A stretch of 64,000 bases of DNA, taken from positions 1-64,000 of the IMG/VR virus record IMGVR_UViG_3300021376_000029; one strand, 5' to 3'. The notes beneath the pieces are model-generated. The model did not search any database. It was given only the letters and a program-made list of their open reading frames with translations, and was not told the origin of the DNA. The position numbers were made by a program, and so were the translations under genes. The DNA is from a virus. Positions 47,707 to 59,900 of this stretch are shown in pieces. Each line of letters starts with the position of its first letter. The first letter of the stretch is position 1.

Positions 47707-50700
47707 GAGTGTGCAATTACGCGAAGATCTTCAAGACGAGGAGCAAGTGCTGGATTTGATCCGACAAATACAATTTTGATTGCAAAAGAACCGAATGGAC
47801 TTAAGTTATTTGCAGTATACTTATATTCAATGTAAGAATCTAAATCTTCAGAACTTGATGAGAAAGCTCTTAGATTAGATGGAGTAATTGACGCAGTATT
47901 ATCGGAATAACCAGTTTGATTAAAATATGTCCAATTTATCTTATTGAAATCTTCAGAACTTCCATCAGGTCTTAATTTATACATAACCTTGATATCTCTG
48001 TTGTTAAAAAGATTTGCAGTTATCTTACAATCAAGAGATGTAGCTGGAGCATCAAGGGTGATCTCTTTAGTCACATACTTAGAAACTGATGAACTTCCAT
48101 AAGAGTTTGTCTCAGGAACAAATAAGAATCCTCCAGTATCAGAAACACTAGAAACTGTTCTACCAGTAACTGGAACTGTTCCTGCGTCTGTATCATTAAC
48201 AATATCACCAGATACAAATGGATTTGGTGATGTTAATTTAATTTTCAGTGAACCAGTTCCAGAATCCCAACCAATAATTTGACCACTCTTAAGAGTTACT
48301 GTAGTAGAATTAGCAACAACAGATCCTTGAGTTACAGGATTATTTCCTACAAAATCACCAACAATATCAATCACTTTGATCTTGCGATTAATAGAGTCTA
48401 CACTTACAATTTGTCCAGATGCACCACTGACTGCTTGTGTTAGTCTCGTATTACTATCAACAGTATTAGTAAATGATCCTCCACTAATATTGCTATAATC
48501 AATAATAACACTCCTAACAAATTTTGCAATATTTGTGATAGTATATGCAGAACTAGTTGGTACTATTAAAGTTTGTGATTTAGTACCAAAACGATCTTCA
48601 CTACCTGTGGGGGCATCAATTCTAGATCCAATAGTGATTACATTCGCTCTATTTACATCTAAAACAGGAGATACATTATCTTTTGTTGTTTCCAGGGAAA
48701 CAAAATACGATAATGATGATTTTCTATTCAATAAATTTGGATTAGCACGATAAACTTCATTTACTCTTGAAGCAATTACTCTACTGTCTTCAAAATAATA
48801 ATTATCATTTGAAGTAACAGTAACAGGTAATGCTAAAGTATATTCGTTCGTTGTTCTAGAATCAACTGATTTACCATATGCAGTTTCAATTGTAGTTGAG
48901 ACATTTGAAGATGGGAATGATACTATAGAAATTTGTGATTGCAGAATTTCATATACTTTATTAGTTGTTGCAAAAACATTATTTCCACCACCACCACCAG
49001 CACCAGTCATGGCTGGATTAGCAGTATTCCAAAGAGTAGAATCAATTTGAATGCAATATGTATCATAACCAACATTACTTACTGAATGTAATCCATTAAT
49101 TAAGGATACTGGAATTCCAAAAATATTTTCTGGAGTTCCAATACCAGAAACATTAGATAATACTACAACGTCACCTTCTTTCATTCCATGATTTGGTTGT
49201 GTTACTCTAATTACTTTTTGATTTGCACCAAACAGTGAAGAAGTGCCAAGAGTATTATCTACTTGTATTGGGTTAATAGGAAGTTTTACAGATCCTATTA
49301 CATCATTTGTTAATTGAATTGTAGATGTAGTAGAAGTATTAAATACACATCTATTGATATTAAACTTGAGATCTTCAATTTCATCTTCAACCCAAGCAGA
49401 TGAATTTTGAGACTTGAATAAAGACCCAACGTTTGGTTGGTTAGATGATACAATAATACTATTAAGAAGTGGACTTCCTACTCGTGAACTATAAAGTTTA
49501 TAGTCAGAACTTGGCGTAGAAACAACGAAAGCATAAGTTGCATTGTTTTCAAGATAAACTGGTGATTTAAACTTGAAGGTAGTTTTTACACTAGCATCTG
49601 TTGAAGTAGCAACACCCATTTTCACAGCTGGGTTAGTGATTCTTAAAATAGATTCAGCAGTTGCAAGACCATCACCACCAATAATTGTTACAGTAGGTGG
49701 TGTATAATATCCAGAACCAGAGTTTGTAATATTAATTTCATAAATTTTTCCACCATAAATTTTTGGTGATGCTGTAGCAACAGACCCAAATGTTCCGCCA
49801 TTATCACCATTAATTGTTACTGTAGTCGCGCCTGATACTGTAGAATAACTAGAACCAAAAGTATTAACTTTAATAGATTCAATAATTCCAGAATCTTGAT
49901 CTATAAAGAAAGAAGTAGATGTTATAGCAGGTGATCTGTTGACAACAAATTCTTCACCAGCAATGAAAGAAACACCATTATGATTTGAAAGTATTAGATT
50001 ATATCTAGTATTTGCTGAAGAAACAATAGACTGTTTCTTAATAACACCAGTAGCACCAGAAGTTTTTCCAGTTATAGTTTCACCAACAAAGAGAGTTATT
50101 CCTTGTGGAATAGTCGTTGAAATCTTTATTCTAAGGATAGTATCAGAATTCAATGAAACTTCACTAAATGGTAAAATATTTCTAGTAGGAATTCCTCCAT
50201 TGGTTTCTACTAAGTAGAGAGATACAGGACGTTCAGTGTCTGCGTTAGTTGGATTTAATTTATTTTGGAAATAAAGATTAACACTAGAAAGGAAGACTCC
50301 TTCATCAAAACCTGTTACGGCAAAAGTTTGTGCCAGAGGATCTAGAAGACCAGATTGGTTAATATTTACTTGAGAACTTCCGATAAGTTGGACTGTATCT
50401 GAATTTAGTACAGATCTTCTGCTGATAGATGTAAATCTACTAGAACCTAAAGAAGTTTCTACCAAACCAGCAGCACGATATTCTGTTTCTGCAAATGTAG
50501 AAACTTTAGTATTATCGTTAGAGTTTATTGAACTTGACGTTAATCTGAAAGACTTACTACCACAAACAAATCTTCTTTGATTTCCAGATGTCTGGAAGAA
50601 TGTTTCAACTGAGGAGTTTAAATCAAATGTCTTTTTGCCTAAAACAGGTGCATATCCAGTAGGAATTAAAAACTGTCCGCTTATATTACCATTTATATCA

Positions 50701-53700
50701 GTAATAATAGAAGTTCCAAAACCTTTTTCTGCATATCCAGCAATTCCAGTGAATGGAGTAGTTATATTAGTAACATCATCTGGGTTTATCCACGACGAAA
50801 CATCAATGCCGTCAAAGAATGCATATAATCTAGTTTCTGGTTCTAATCCTCTAGCAACAAACTTAACTACATTTCGGCGCATATATGGATTATATGCTGT
50901 AGATAAAACTCTGTCGTTTGCAGATACAGTCGCTGCCCCATATGGGGTCAATCTATTCTGAGTTCCATTTCTAGTTCTAGTCCTTGTTTTTCCTTTGAGA
51001 ACTGAGGTAGAATTATTACTGATAGAATTGAATTGAGAACCTGAGGTTGAATTGCTCAAAGAATAATTAGCAGATCCAGTCCAAGCAAACTGCCATTCAT
51101 TCCAAATAGTTCCCCATGAACCAGGAATATTATTTTGAATGGTATCAAAAATTGAATTTTCATTTACAATCAATTCTGGTGCAATGGTAGTATCTTTCCA
51201 TTCATCAATATTTGGTTCTAATGTTACTATCCCACCAAATTTTGCTGCTCTTCCAGGATTAATTGTAATCGTGGTTGAAGCATGTGGGTTATTAATAGTA
51301 GACTGTTCTGTGAATGGAAGAGTAATTAATTCACCAGTTTTCTTATATCCACTTGCAGATCTTTGTAAATCATTAGTATTTTTTTCAATTAATTTTGTTT
51401 GAGATGCATAGTAACTTGGTCTTGCAACTCCTGTTTGCATATCAATAGAACATGAGTAATCAATTGAATTAGTATTGCCAATATTATGACCTTCAAAATT
51501 ATCTACTAAAATACCATTCTTAAATCTTTCATTTCCAAATTCATCACGAACTTGGGTGTTAAATGTATCTTGCTCAAGAAGACTTAATACAGTATAGTAT
51601 TCAAGTTTTTCAATCCTCTTTTCAAGTTTACCAATATCACGCATTGTATAGCGACGATTATCAATGCTCTTGGTTTTGATATCAAAAATATTAAAAGTAT
51701 ATGCAGGAATATTGAAATAGTATAAAAGCATTCCATCTGAAATTTCAGAAGGTACTTGAGGATTCAGTGAAGGTGTTCCTTTAGATACAGTAAATGAACC
51801 ATCTTTAGTGAGATATAAAGCATCAATTCTATTCAGATAAAATCTATATCCAGTATCATATGAAGTTCCAAATAAAGGAATTGCTGGAGAAGCAGAACCA
51901 ACACCATTGAACTTGAGGGCATCAGTAGTTTTCTTATCACTATATCCTGGAAGAACAGTTTCAGTATCAAGTCCAGTGTAGTCTGAAACTCTAGGTCTGA
52001 AATCAACTACATCTCTCAGAGAAATTTCTCCATATACAGATGAAGTAAATGAAGGTATATTTTTATAATTAATGTTCGTATAAGAATCTACAGTAAAGTA
52101 ATCACCAGTATTTGTATTACCAATATGTCTAAAGTAATCATACACTACTAAAAGTTTATTGGTAGGAATTTGAGCATCTGGTTTTCTAATAATTCTTGCT
52201 AAATCATAATGAGTATCTCTTTGACCACCATCAAAAATAAATCTATCAGTTACATTAGTATCATTTTTAGTGGCATCAGCTCCACTGGAAGACATGTATA
52301 TTGCTTGTAATGTATAACCATCTGCATATTGTAGAGGAATAACTGGATCAGAAAATCCTGTCGCTACTTGATATTCTTGTGAATATACTAATACTTTAGT
52401 TTTTGGTATAGTATCACTTTTGTTAACAGGAGCAATTAACTTAAATGGTGCCGAAGCAAATGATCCAGTTAATGTAATAGTAAGAGATTTATTGCTATTT
52501 GAATACGAAACTACGCCAGATCCTGATATATCAATTAAGTTACCATTAGATGGATTGCTAAGAATATAATTATCAGATGAATAATTTAAGAAACTTTCAT
52601 TAGTACCTACAGTTACAGTAAATGCTCCTGATGCATCAAAATTACCAATGAATTCTTTCTGAACAGTATAATTGATATTTGTATTATTAGGATTAAGAAT
52701 TGTAGTTTGTACATTCTTATTTGGTAAAGGAAGTAATAAGGAATTGCCTGTCAGACCATTCAGTTTTGTTCTGACTCTTGAAATAACTTTACCTGTAAAT
52801 GAACTTAAGATTAGACCATAAACATAAATTCTGCTGGTAAAACCTGAACCCTCTCTTACAGCAAATCTTACTAAGTATTTTCTAGTAATACCAGCGTTAT
52901 CTGTAACTTCAATAATATCACCTTTACTTAAGTCTAGATCAGGACGTGAGGCTAAATTATCAGCACTAATATAGTATGATCCTTCTACTGCATTAAATGT
53001 TGCGCCGTTAGCAACATTGAATATATCCTGTTTAGATGTAATATCACCAGCAAATGGATTCCCCGTAGTAGAACCATAAAAACTTTTAATATATGAAGCA
53101 TCATAAGAAATAACGTTATTTTTATTCAGAATAGCTTCAAATGCACACCCATTTCCTCCATAATTACTAGTAACAGTCACTACAGGAGATGAATTATAAT
53201 TACCTAAAGATAAACGAGCTGCGTTAGTTATTCTAATAGATCTTAATTCACCGTTCGTTATAGTAATATTAGATGCTTGAATAATAGAAGTTACATCAGT
53301 ACCACCAATTGATATAGTTAGACTACTAGCAGTAGTATAACCACTTCCAAATGATTTTGGTTTTAAATATGCAATAGTGCTATCTTCTTCAATAATATTG
53401 TATGGAGTAGAAGTGCCATCCAGTTCAGACAATATAGTTTCATTATCCTGAAAAATTCCATTAACACGAGATAATACTACTTCATTTGTATCTGATAAAA
53501 TTTGTTCAACAATACCCTCTGCTCCACTAGATTGTCCTGTAACGAATTTTCCTACGCTAAAGTTTACAGGATTTTTGCATAATACTTTAGTATAATACTC
53601 AGTACCAAAAAGACCTAATTTATATAATGATGATGTTTTATCGTAAATATTAGCATTTGAATTGCCAGTTAAAAATTTCAGATATTTTGTTTTTGAAATA

Positions 53701-55277
53701 CCAATATATGATGTGGTAATTCTATCTGCATCCATCAGTGTTCCACTAACAGAACCCATAGTTATCGTTTGACCAATTATAAAATCAACACTGGATGGTT
53801 TTGTTACCAAAACAACTGCTTTAGTTTGTGAAGCATTTTGTTGATAAACTCTGACTTCACCGCTAATAGATCCAATAGAATATGGCGTATTTACTGCAAC
53901 CTGACCAGATGAAGAAATGTTAGATACTGTTAAAATCCAGAATTTTTCACTTTCTGGTGAATCTGCGTTTAAGTTTGCTGTTGTATCACCATATAATACA
54001 TCACTATGAGTATCATAAAGTTTAATTTCTTGATATGGATTAGTACTTAATAATCCAGAACCAGTTAAGTTTTGAGTTTTACCTTCAATATCAGGAAAAG
54101 AATATAGATTTTTTACTGTATAATTAGAACCTTCTAAAGGTGATATGAAAATATTTTCTTGAGTTTCTGTATCTCTTGCCTTGTCAACTACAATATATTT
54201 TGTAGAGGTTGTTTCTATTTCATATCCTCTAACATATGCTTTTCCAGGATTTAATGAAATGGCAAATTTATTTTCATCACCACCTTGTTGAGTAGTATAA
54301 AGTCCATTGTTTGATCCATTATTTAAATGTTCTTGCAGATTTATTGTAAAGTCTCTTACAATATAATCTCCAGATTCATCCTGGGTTCTTCTAGCAAGAA
54401 TGGCGAGAATATCATTAACACTAAAATTAAGATTTCCAATTGGGGTTGTAATTTGACTATTACCACCAATAATGACCATTAACTGAACAAAATCTTTTTG
54501 ATCAGGACTTGAAATATCTCTTTTTACCAATGAAACAGTGATCTTTAATCTATGTGATCCAGGAGCACTAAAATTTGAATATCCCTGAGCATTATCAAGA
54601 AGAGAAAGATCTTCTTCTGAAGTTACCAACTGTTCATTTATAACAAAACCAACTTTGTATGAAGGAGTATTGCTATATTTGTCTAATATTACTGTTTCAG
54701 TATTATTTCTTACTAATGTGCCGTTTATGAAATAAACTCCTTCTTTTACAGTTACCGCAGATCCAAATCCCATGGCTGGACTTGATGTTGGTTTTACATT
54801 ACCAGTAATACCAACAATTGCTGTCGGTGATCCAGGAGAATTTGCAATAATCGTTTCGCCTTCTGCAAATGTTTTTTGAACATTTGAAGTTCCGCTGTTT
54901 TCATATTTGACAAATAATGTTGCTGAATCTGTATCAGTAAAAGCAGTAGCATCTATGACTGTTGCAACAATTCCAGTAGTTGCACCAGTCATTTTTTTAC
55001 CAATGTAATCAGTAATTTGTAAATTATTGGTAAAAGAACTTACTTTAACATAAGAATATTGACTATCAAAAATAATTTCCCCAGGTACTACTACAGAACC
55101 TTGCTTAAACTTTGATTTAGCAAGAGTTTCTATTTGAGTTTGTAATATTGATTGTAATGTAGTTAATTCTCTTGATTGGATTGAATATCCAGGTCTAAAC
55201 AGAACCCTATAAAAATTTTTTAAGGGATCAAAATCATCAAAATATGGAGCTTTATTAAGATTCGTACTCTGGGGCAT
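47703..55277 (-). CDS. Large baseplate-associated structural protein (VrlC/DUF4815-like)
   Basis: MPQxTNLNxAPYFDDF, VLFRPG, QSRELT, DFRPRV, RYTMRDIGKLEKRI, FKNGILVDNF, DPLAQTF. Confidence 0.9.
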   Translation of the reverse strand: MPQSTNLNKAPYFDDFDPLKNFYRVLFRPGYSIQSRELTTLQSILQTQIETLAKSKFKQGSVVVPGEIIFDSQYSYVKVSSFTNNLQITDYIGKKMTGATTGIVATVIDATAFTDTDSATLFVKYENSGTSNVQKTFAEGETIIANSPGSPTAIVGITGNVKPTSSPAMGFGSAVTVKEGVYFINGTLVRNNTETVILDKYSNTPSYKVGFVINEQLVTSEEDLSLLDNAQGYSNFSAPGSHRLKITVSLVKRDISSPDQKDFVQLMVIIGGNSQITTPIGNLNFSVNDILAILARRTQDESGDYIVRDFTINLQEHLNNGSNNGLYTTQQGGDENKFAISLNPGKAYVRGYEIETTSTKYIVVDKARDTETQENIFISPLEGSNYTVKNLYSFPDIEGKTQNLTGSGLLSTNPYQEIKLYDTHSDVLYGDTTANLNADSPESEKFWILTVSNISSSGQVAVNTPYSIGSISGEVRVYQQNASQTKAVVLVTKPSSVDFIIGQTITMGSVSGTLMDADRITTSYIGISKTKYLKFLTGNSNANIYDKTSSLYKLGLFGTEYYTKVLCKNPVNFSVGKFVTGQSSGAEGIVEQILSDTNEVVLSRVNGIFQDNETILSELDGTSTPYNIIEEDSTIAYLKPKSFGSGYTTASSLTISIGGTDVTSIIQASNITITNGELRSIRITNAARLSLGNYNSSPVVTVTSNYGGNGCAFEAILNKNNVISYDASYIKSFYGSTTGNPFAGDITSKQDIFNVANGATFNAVEGSYYISADNLASRPDLDLSKGDIIEVTDNAGITRKYLVRFAVREGSGFTSRIYVYGLILSSFTGKVISRVRTKLNGLTGNSLLLPLPNKNVQTTILNPNNTNINYTVQKEFIGNFDASGAFTVTVGTNESFLNYSSDNYILSNPSNGNLIDISGSGVVSYSNSNKSLTITLTGSFASAPFKLIAPVNKSDTIPKTKVLVYSQEYQVATGFSDPVIPLQYADGYTLQAIYMSSSGADATKNDTNVTDRFIFDGGQRDTHYDLARIIRKPDAQIPTNKLLVVYDYFRHIGNTNTGDYFTVDSYTNINYKNIPSFTSSVYGEISLRDVVDFRPRVSDYTGLDTETVLPGYSDKKTTDALKFNGVGSASPAIPLFGTSYDTGYRFYLNRIDALYLTKDGSFTVSKGTPSLNPQVPSEISDGMLLYYFNIPAYTFNIFDIKTKSIDNRRYTMRDIGKLEKRIEKLEYYTVLSLLEQDTFNTQVRDEFGNERFKNGILVDNFEGHNIGNTNSIDYSCSIDMQTGVARPSYYASQTKLIEKNTNDLQRSASGYKKTGELITLPFTEQSTINNPHASTTITINPGRAAKFGGIVTLEPNIDEWKDTTIAPELIVNENSIFDTIQNNIPGSWGTIWNEWQFAWTGSANYSLSNSTSGSQFNSISNNSTSVLKGKTRTRTRNGTQNRLTPYGAATVSANDRVLSTAYNPYMRRNVVKFVARGLEPETRLYAFFDGIDVSSWINPDDVTNITTPFTGIAGYAEKGFGTSIITDINGNISGQFLIPTGYAPVLGKKTFDLNSSVETFFQTSGNQRRFVCGSKSFRLTSSSINSNDNTKVSTFAETEYRAAGLVETSLGSSRFTSISRRSVLNSDTVQLIGSSQVNINQSGLLDPLAQTFAVTGFDEGVFLSSVNLYFQNKLNPTNADTERPVSLYLVETNGGIPTRNILPFSEVSLNSDTILRIKISTTIPQGITLFVGETITGKTSGATGVIKKQSIVSSANTRYNLILSNHNGVSFIAGEEFVVNRSPAITSTSFFIDQDSGIIESIKVNTFGSSYSTVSGATTVTINGDNGGTFGSVATASPKIYGGKIYEINITNSGSGYYTPPTVTIIGGDGLATAESILRITNPAVKMGVATSTDASVKTTFKFKSPVYLENNATYAFVVSTPSSDYKLYSSRVGSPLLNSIIVSSNQPNVGSLFKSQNSSAWVEDEIEDLKFNINRCVFNTSTTSTIQLTNDVIGSVKLPINPIQVDNTLGTSSLFGANQKVIRVTQPNHGMKEGDVVVLSNVSGIGTPENIFGIPVSLINGLHSVSNVGYDTYCIQIDSTLWNTANPAMTGAGGGGGNNVFATTNKVYEILQSQISIVSFPSSNVSTTIETAYGKSVDSRTTNEYTLALPVTVTSNDNYYFEDSRVIASRVNEVYRANPNLLNRKSSLSYFVSLETTKDNVSPVLDVNRANVITIGSRIDAPTGSEDRFGTKSQTLIVPTSSAYTITNIAKFVRSVIIDYSNISGGSFTNTVDSNTRLTQAVSGASGQIVSVDSINRKIKVIDIVGDFVGNNPVTQGSVVANSTTVTLKSGQIIGWDSGTGSLKIKLTSPNPFVSGDIVNDTDAGTVPVTGRTVSSVSDTGGFLFVPETNSYGSSSVSKYVTKEITLDAPATSLDCKITANLFNNRDIKVMYKLRPDGSSEDFNKINWTYFNQTGYSDNTASITPSNLRAFSSSSEDLDSYIEYKYTANNLSPFGSFAIKIVFVGSNPALAPRLEDLRVIAHS

Positions 55278-55315
55278 ATTATTAAACTATTAATGAGTTT
55301 GATCTATGATATATA

Positions 55316-56878
55316 TTAGAATTCTACAACTAGTTTAACATCTTCAATTTGATCAACTGCTCTTGAGACAGTTCTTCTATTTTCAACATAAAGAATATCA
55401 CCTGTATATTTTTCAATTTCTGGTCTTGAATAACCAGTAGTAAAAGTCAAATTAGATACAGTTAAACTATAGGTAATATCTGGAGTTTCTGATGCTGTTG
55501 ATGTAGCTCCAGTGATTGCATTTGCGCCAGAAAACTGAGGAAGAGAACCTCCCTGGGCTCCAGTTTGAATATGCTCATAGCTACTTTGATATACTTTTAA
55601 AATCTTAGTAGTAGGATCCCATGAAACTACTCTTCCTTTTGCATTAGTATTTGCTTGAGTAACGACTTCATCAAGGCTAAAAGATGCAGTAGTTGAACTT
55701 GGGAATTTGATTGAGGTAAGAGCACTATAAGTAGATGATGTAGCACTTACACCTGATGATTCTTTAGGATCTCTCACAATACCAATTCTTCTAAAATCAG
55801 TGTCAATTGGGAATTCAAAGTTTTCATCATACTGAACTCTGGAGTTAATCATAACTCTCTTAGTCCCAAGTTCTTTGTATATATTAAATCCATGGCCGCC
55901 AGGAGGTGGAATAATTACTTCAAGAACTGCACCAGATCCAGCTCCAATGCCAGAAATTTCGGTGGAGTTGACATTTACAGAGCCGAAAGTATACCCAGAT
56001 CCGTTAGTCGTCACTGTAACACTAGTAACTGCACCACTAACAATAACAATAGTACACAATGCTTGAACACCACCAGTTATAGAAGTATAGTCTCCGCGAA
56101 TAGGAACGTTAGTATATGTGCCGTCAGTATATCCACTACCAGCATTTTTAATAATTACTGTATCAATAGAACCATTGATTGCTGCTGTTTTTACGTCTGT
56201 ACCATTCGCAGGATCGCCTGCAGCACCTGTTCCCCAAGTTGCTGGTACGGGAATATAGGATGTAGTGAAAAACTTGATAACATCGTCTGTACCGATGCTG
56301 TACATAAACTTCCACCTATAACCATCTGCAGTATTAAAAGTAGAAGTTCCTGTTCCAGTTGGTGCTACCGAAGAAGCAATACCATTTGGGTTTGCAACCG
56401 TAGAACCATTATAAATGCACTTGTAAACTTTATAGTTATGTACTACATAAAATTTTGCATTATATAAATTTGTAGCATTTTGCCCTGATGAAACTGCTCT
56501 ATAATCAACACTATAATTAGGACGGTACATATCATAAATTTGTCCCGAAGTCCAATTATAACGAGGAATTACAAGTCTCACATCAGAGGATTGAATTCTC
56601 TTAAGAGAAATCATATCATCAAAGGTTTCTCTTTCATAATCAAAATTATCAATAGGTGTTGGGGGATTATTTTCGTTTGGAGTAGCAAGATATGAAGCAC
56701 TATGTTGACTGCCCGCAGGTTGTCCTACATATGCTGTTGCGCCAGGCGCCGCCGCAGTATCCCAATTTTGGGGTCTGCCCATGAAAAAGTACATATTTGT
56801 AGCAGCAGTTTCACTAAAAGCTTCTTCAAACTGCTGTGCATTATGAATTCTAAACTGTTCAGAAATAAGTGCTGGCAT
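55316..56878 (-). CDS. gp8: Baseplate wedge subunit
   Basis: FRIHNAQQF, RYNWTSG, VYKCIYN, DGYRWKFMY, PPPGGHG, GDILYVENR, EDVKLVVEF. Confidence 0.93.
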   Translation of the reverse strand: MPALISEQFRIHNAQQFEEAFSETAATNMYFFMGRPQNWDTAAAPGATAYVGQPAGSQHSASYLATPNENNPPTPIDNFDYERETFDDMISLKRIQSSDVRLVIPRYNWTSGQIYDMYRPNYSVDYRAVSSGQNATNLYNAKFYVVHNYKVYKCIYNGSTVANPNGIASSVAPTGTGTSTFNTADGYRWKFMYSIGTDDVIKFFTTSYIPVPATWGTGAAGDPANGTDVKTAAINGSIDTVIIKNAGSGYTDGTYTNVPIRGDYTSITGGVQALCTIVIVSGAVTSVTVTTNGSGYTFGSVNVNSTEISGIGAGSGAVLEVIIPPPGGHGFNIYKELGTKRVMINSRVQYDENFEFPIDTDFRRIGIVRDPKESSGVSATSSTYSALTSIKFPSSTTASFSLDEVVTQANTNAKGRVVSWDPTTKILKVYQSSYEHIQTGAQGGSLPQFSGANAITGATSTASETPDITYSLTVSNLTFTTGYSRPEIEKYTGDILYVENRRTVSRAVDQIEDVKLVVEF

Positions 56879-56907
56879 TTTTATTTAATCTTTAGAAATT
56901 TCTGTGT

Positions 56908-56915
56908 TATTTATA
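56908..56915 (-). promoter_or_regulatory. Late promoter TATAAATA for gp8
   Basis: Exact consensus. Confidence 0.8.
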
Positions 56916-56919
56916 TTTA

Positions 56920-59900
56920 TCATCCTCGCCAAGCAAGTCTCATATAATCACCTTGATTATGAGATGTTGAAGATGTATTGAGTACACCACGCTGGCAATT
57001 CAATAATTGACCGCTAAAGATAGATGAATAGAAAATGGTTTCATCACCAAATTCAATATATCCTGAAGGAGGCAAATTATAAGTATTTCCACTAATTAAA
57101 ATAGTTTGATCAAGATCAGTAATTCCAGAGGCAAGAGTTAATCCAAAACTGATATAAGAATCTTCACCGTAATTAATAATTATATTATCGCTAGCGCCAG
57201 TAGTACTCCCAGGTCTATTTACAAAATCAGCAATAGTTAAATTAGGTGCATAACGAGAAACATTTTCAATATTTACATTTGTTCCCAAATAAGAAGATAA
57301 AGGATCATTAATATTCAATGGTTCATACTTAAATTTATTTTCTTCAAATGTATTCAAGACATAGGCTAATGCTGGTCGTGAAACATCACGATTTGTTCTA
57401 TTTTCTGTTTCAATAGTTGTAACTTTTGTGCTACTGATACTTGTTTGTATCACAGGAATTTCATATTTTTCTTCGCTTCCAATTGCAGTGCTTCCAGTTA
57501 ATCCAGCAGAAGTAAGTAATGCAATACCATCATTTGCTTTCATATCTATTATTATATCTTTAAAGTCATAAACTGGTTTCTTTCTGATTAATTCATATCG
57601 TTTAGCAAAAATAATTTCTGGTGCTGTTGTATAACCAGATCCAGGATTTGTAATAGTTACCGATACCACACGACCATTTTCAATTGTAGAATACGCTTCT
57701 GCACCTGTTCCTGGATTACCACATGCTGGTTTGAATAAAACTATAGGTGCTGTTTCATATTCCATACCACCATTATTGACATCAATTCTTGTAATTAGGT
57801 TATTATAAACTGATGGAATAGAAACAGTTCCTGAAATTGAAGTAGTTCCGCTTACTGAAACTGGATTAGCACCAGATACAGCGACTCCAGAAACTACTGC
57901 AGTTGCAACAGCATTTTTACCCTTAATATATGAGTTATCGGTATAAACAAAAGCAGTATAAAGTAAATCATCTCCTTGTTCCAAAACATTTTGTTCTATA
58001 GAAATAAGTTCTTTAGGTGTTTCGCCTTGGATTTTAATTAAATCTCCTGGTTTGAGATATTCATAAGTCTGATTAACTTTTTTCAAATATCTACATCCAT
58101 CTATAGTATTTTCACCAATATAATGGATATCCTCAAAAACTTTACCATTCCATATAGAGATAGTTTTATCAAATGTTTTTCCGTAGAAATATAATAAATT
58201 ACACTTTTTACCCTTGGTAGGAGCTTCCTTGAATGTCAGAATATTATCTGATATAGTATAAGTGTCATTTTCATTTTGAGGAACACCATCAAGAAGTATT
58301 AATAATTGATGAACATCAGGAAGTTTTATAATATCATCCTGATATTTCAGTTCAAAAACAGTTTGCCTGTCATTAAATTGATCTGAAATATTATTAAGCA
58401 TTTTGTACTTACTAAAAGAGTATCCAAAGAAATTACGACTTGCATCAAAAGATTCATAAAAAACTATTTTATTTGGATAAACCGATCTATTAATAATATA
58501 ACTTTCTCCATAAATTTGCAGAACGCCATCAACAAATATCAAGAGATTTTCATCTTGCTCTGTAACAAGATTTGCTCCATCTAGTTTATAAAGATTAAAT
58601 TCTTTGGTGACTCCATCAAATAAAATATTCTTCAATTTATAAGAATACCTAATGTCATCAGAAGAATTAGTCAACTTATATAATACCGAATAGAAAGTAG
58701 AACCTTCTTTTGGTGGTTCATACATTCTAAGAGTATTATTTGTAGTATTGAACTCAAATTGTCCTTTAATTACTTTAGCATTTGTTAATCTTGAACTCAA
58801 TATAGTATCAGAAGTTCCTAAGAAATCAGGTAAAATATTAAAATCCTTAACATACAATTGATTTGCTAATGCAAGTTTCATCATATTTTTTGCCTTATTA
58901 AAGGCAACAATAGATTCTGATACTTCACCCTGAACACCATTTGAAATTAATGTGTTTCCAGATGTAGTTAAATATGAATTTGTAGCATCAAGTATATTAG
59001 AATTACCGCCATAGAAAAGATCTAAAACAACAGCATCAACAATAATTCCAATATCTCTTTTACACTTTGTTTCTCCTGATGCTGTGGTTCCAGAAGATAC
59101 CGCTGGAATAGGAGTTGGATATGTTAAAGATCCTTGATTTAAATGGAATGTTACGATTCCAGAAAGAATATCAATATTATTTCTGACATTAGTACATGAT
59201 GTTGGATTAGTATTTGAAGAAACACCAGATGCAGGTAATGGATCTGCAGTAATTGTAAGATCTTTAGTAAACAACTGGTTGGTGATTGCCAGTTTCATTA
59301 CATCACGAGCTTTGTTGAATGCTGTGATAGATTCAGCTATTTCTCCTTGAAGTCCGTTAGAAGTTAATGAAGTTCCAGTAGCATTAAAATATTGTTTTAA
59401 AAATTCAATAACATATCTATTGCTTCCTACATGTACATCTAAAGAAACTGCATCAATAAAAATACCGATATCTCTCTTGCATTTTGCCTCTCCAGCAGGA
59501 ACAGTAGTTGATACTGATTCAGCAGGAAGACCAGTTACGTTACCAGCAGTAATATGAGAAGTAATAATTAATGTTAGGTTTGTAATAGCAGTTTGAATAT
59601 CTGAGCAAGCAGTTGGACTAGTATTACTAACATTACCGCCAGTGCCACCATAATTAGCTGCACCACTAGTAATAGTGAGATCTTTGATTGTCAGTTGGTT
59701 AGCAACTGCCTTTTTCATTTCATCTCTTGCCTTATTAAAAGCAAGAACTGATTGTGCTTCTTCTCCCACAAGACCATTTGTAATAGGACTGCCATTATTA
59801 AAATATGAAAGAACAAATTGACGACTGTATACATTTCCGCCAGCTTGAGCAATGTCTAAAGATACAGAATCAATGAAGATACCAATATCTCTCTTACACT

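Noticed and set aside
55892-56467. 191-aa Cys-rich plus-strand ORF, a possible RiPP-like precursor
   Set aside because: It lies wholly antisense to gp8; the Cys/Ser/Thr richness follows from reverse-complemented Ala/Thr/Gly codons.
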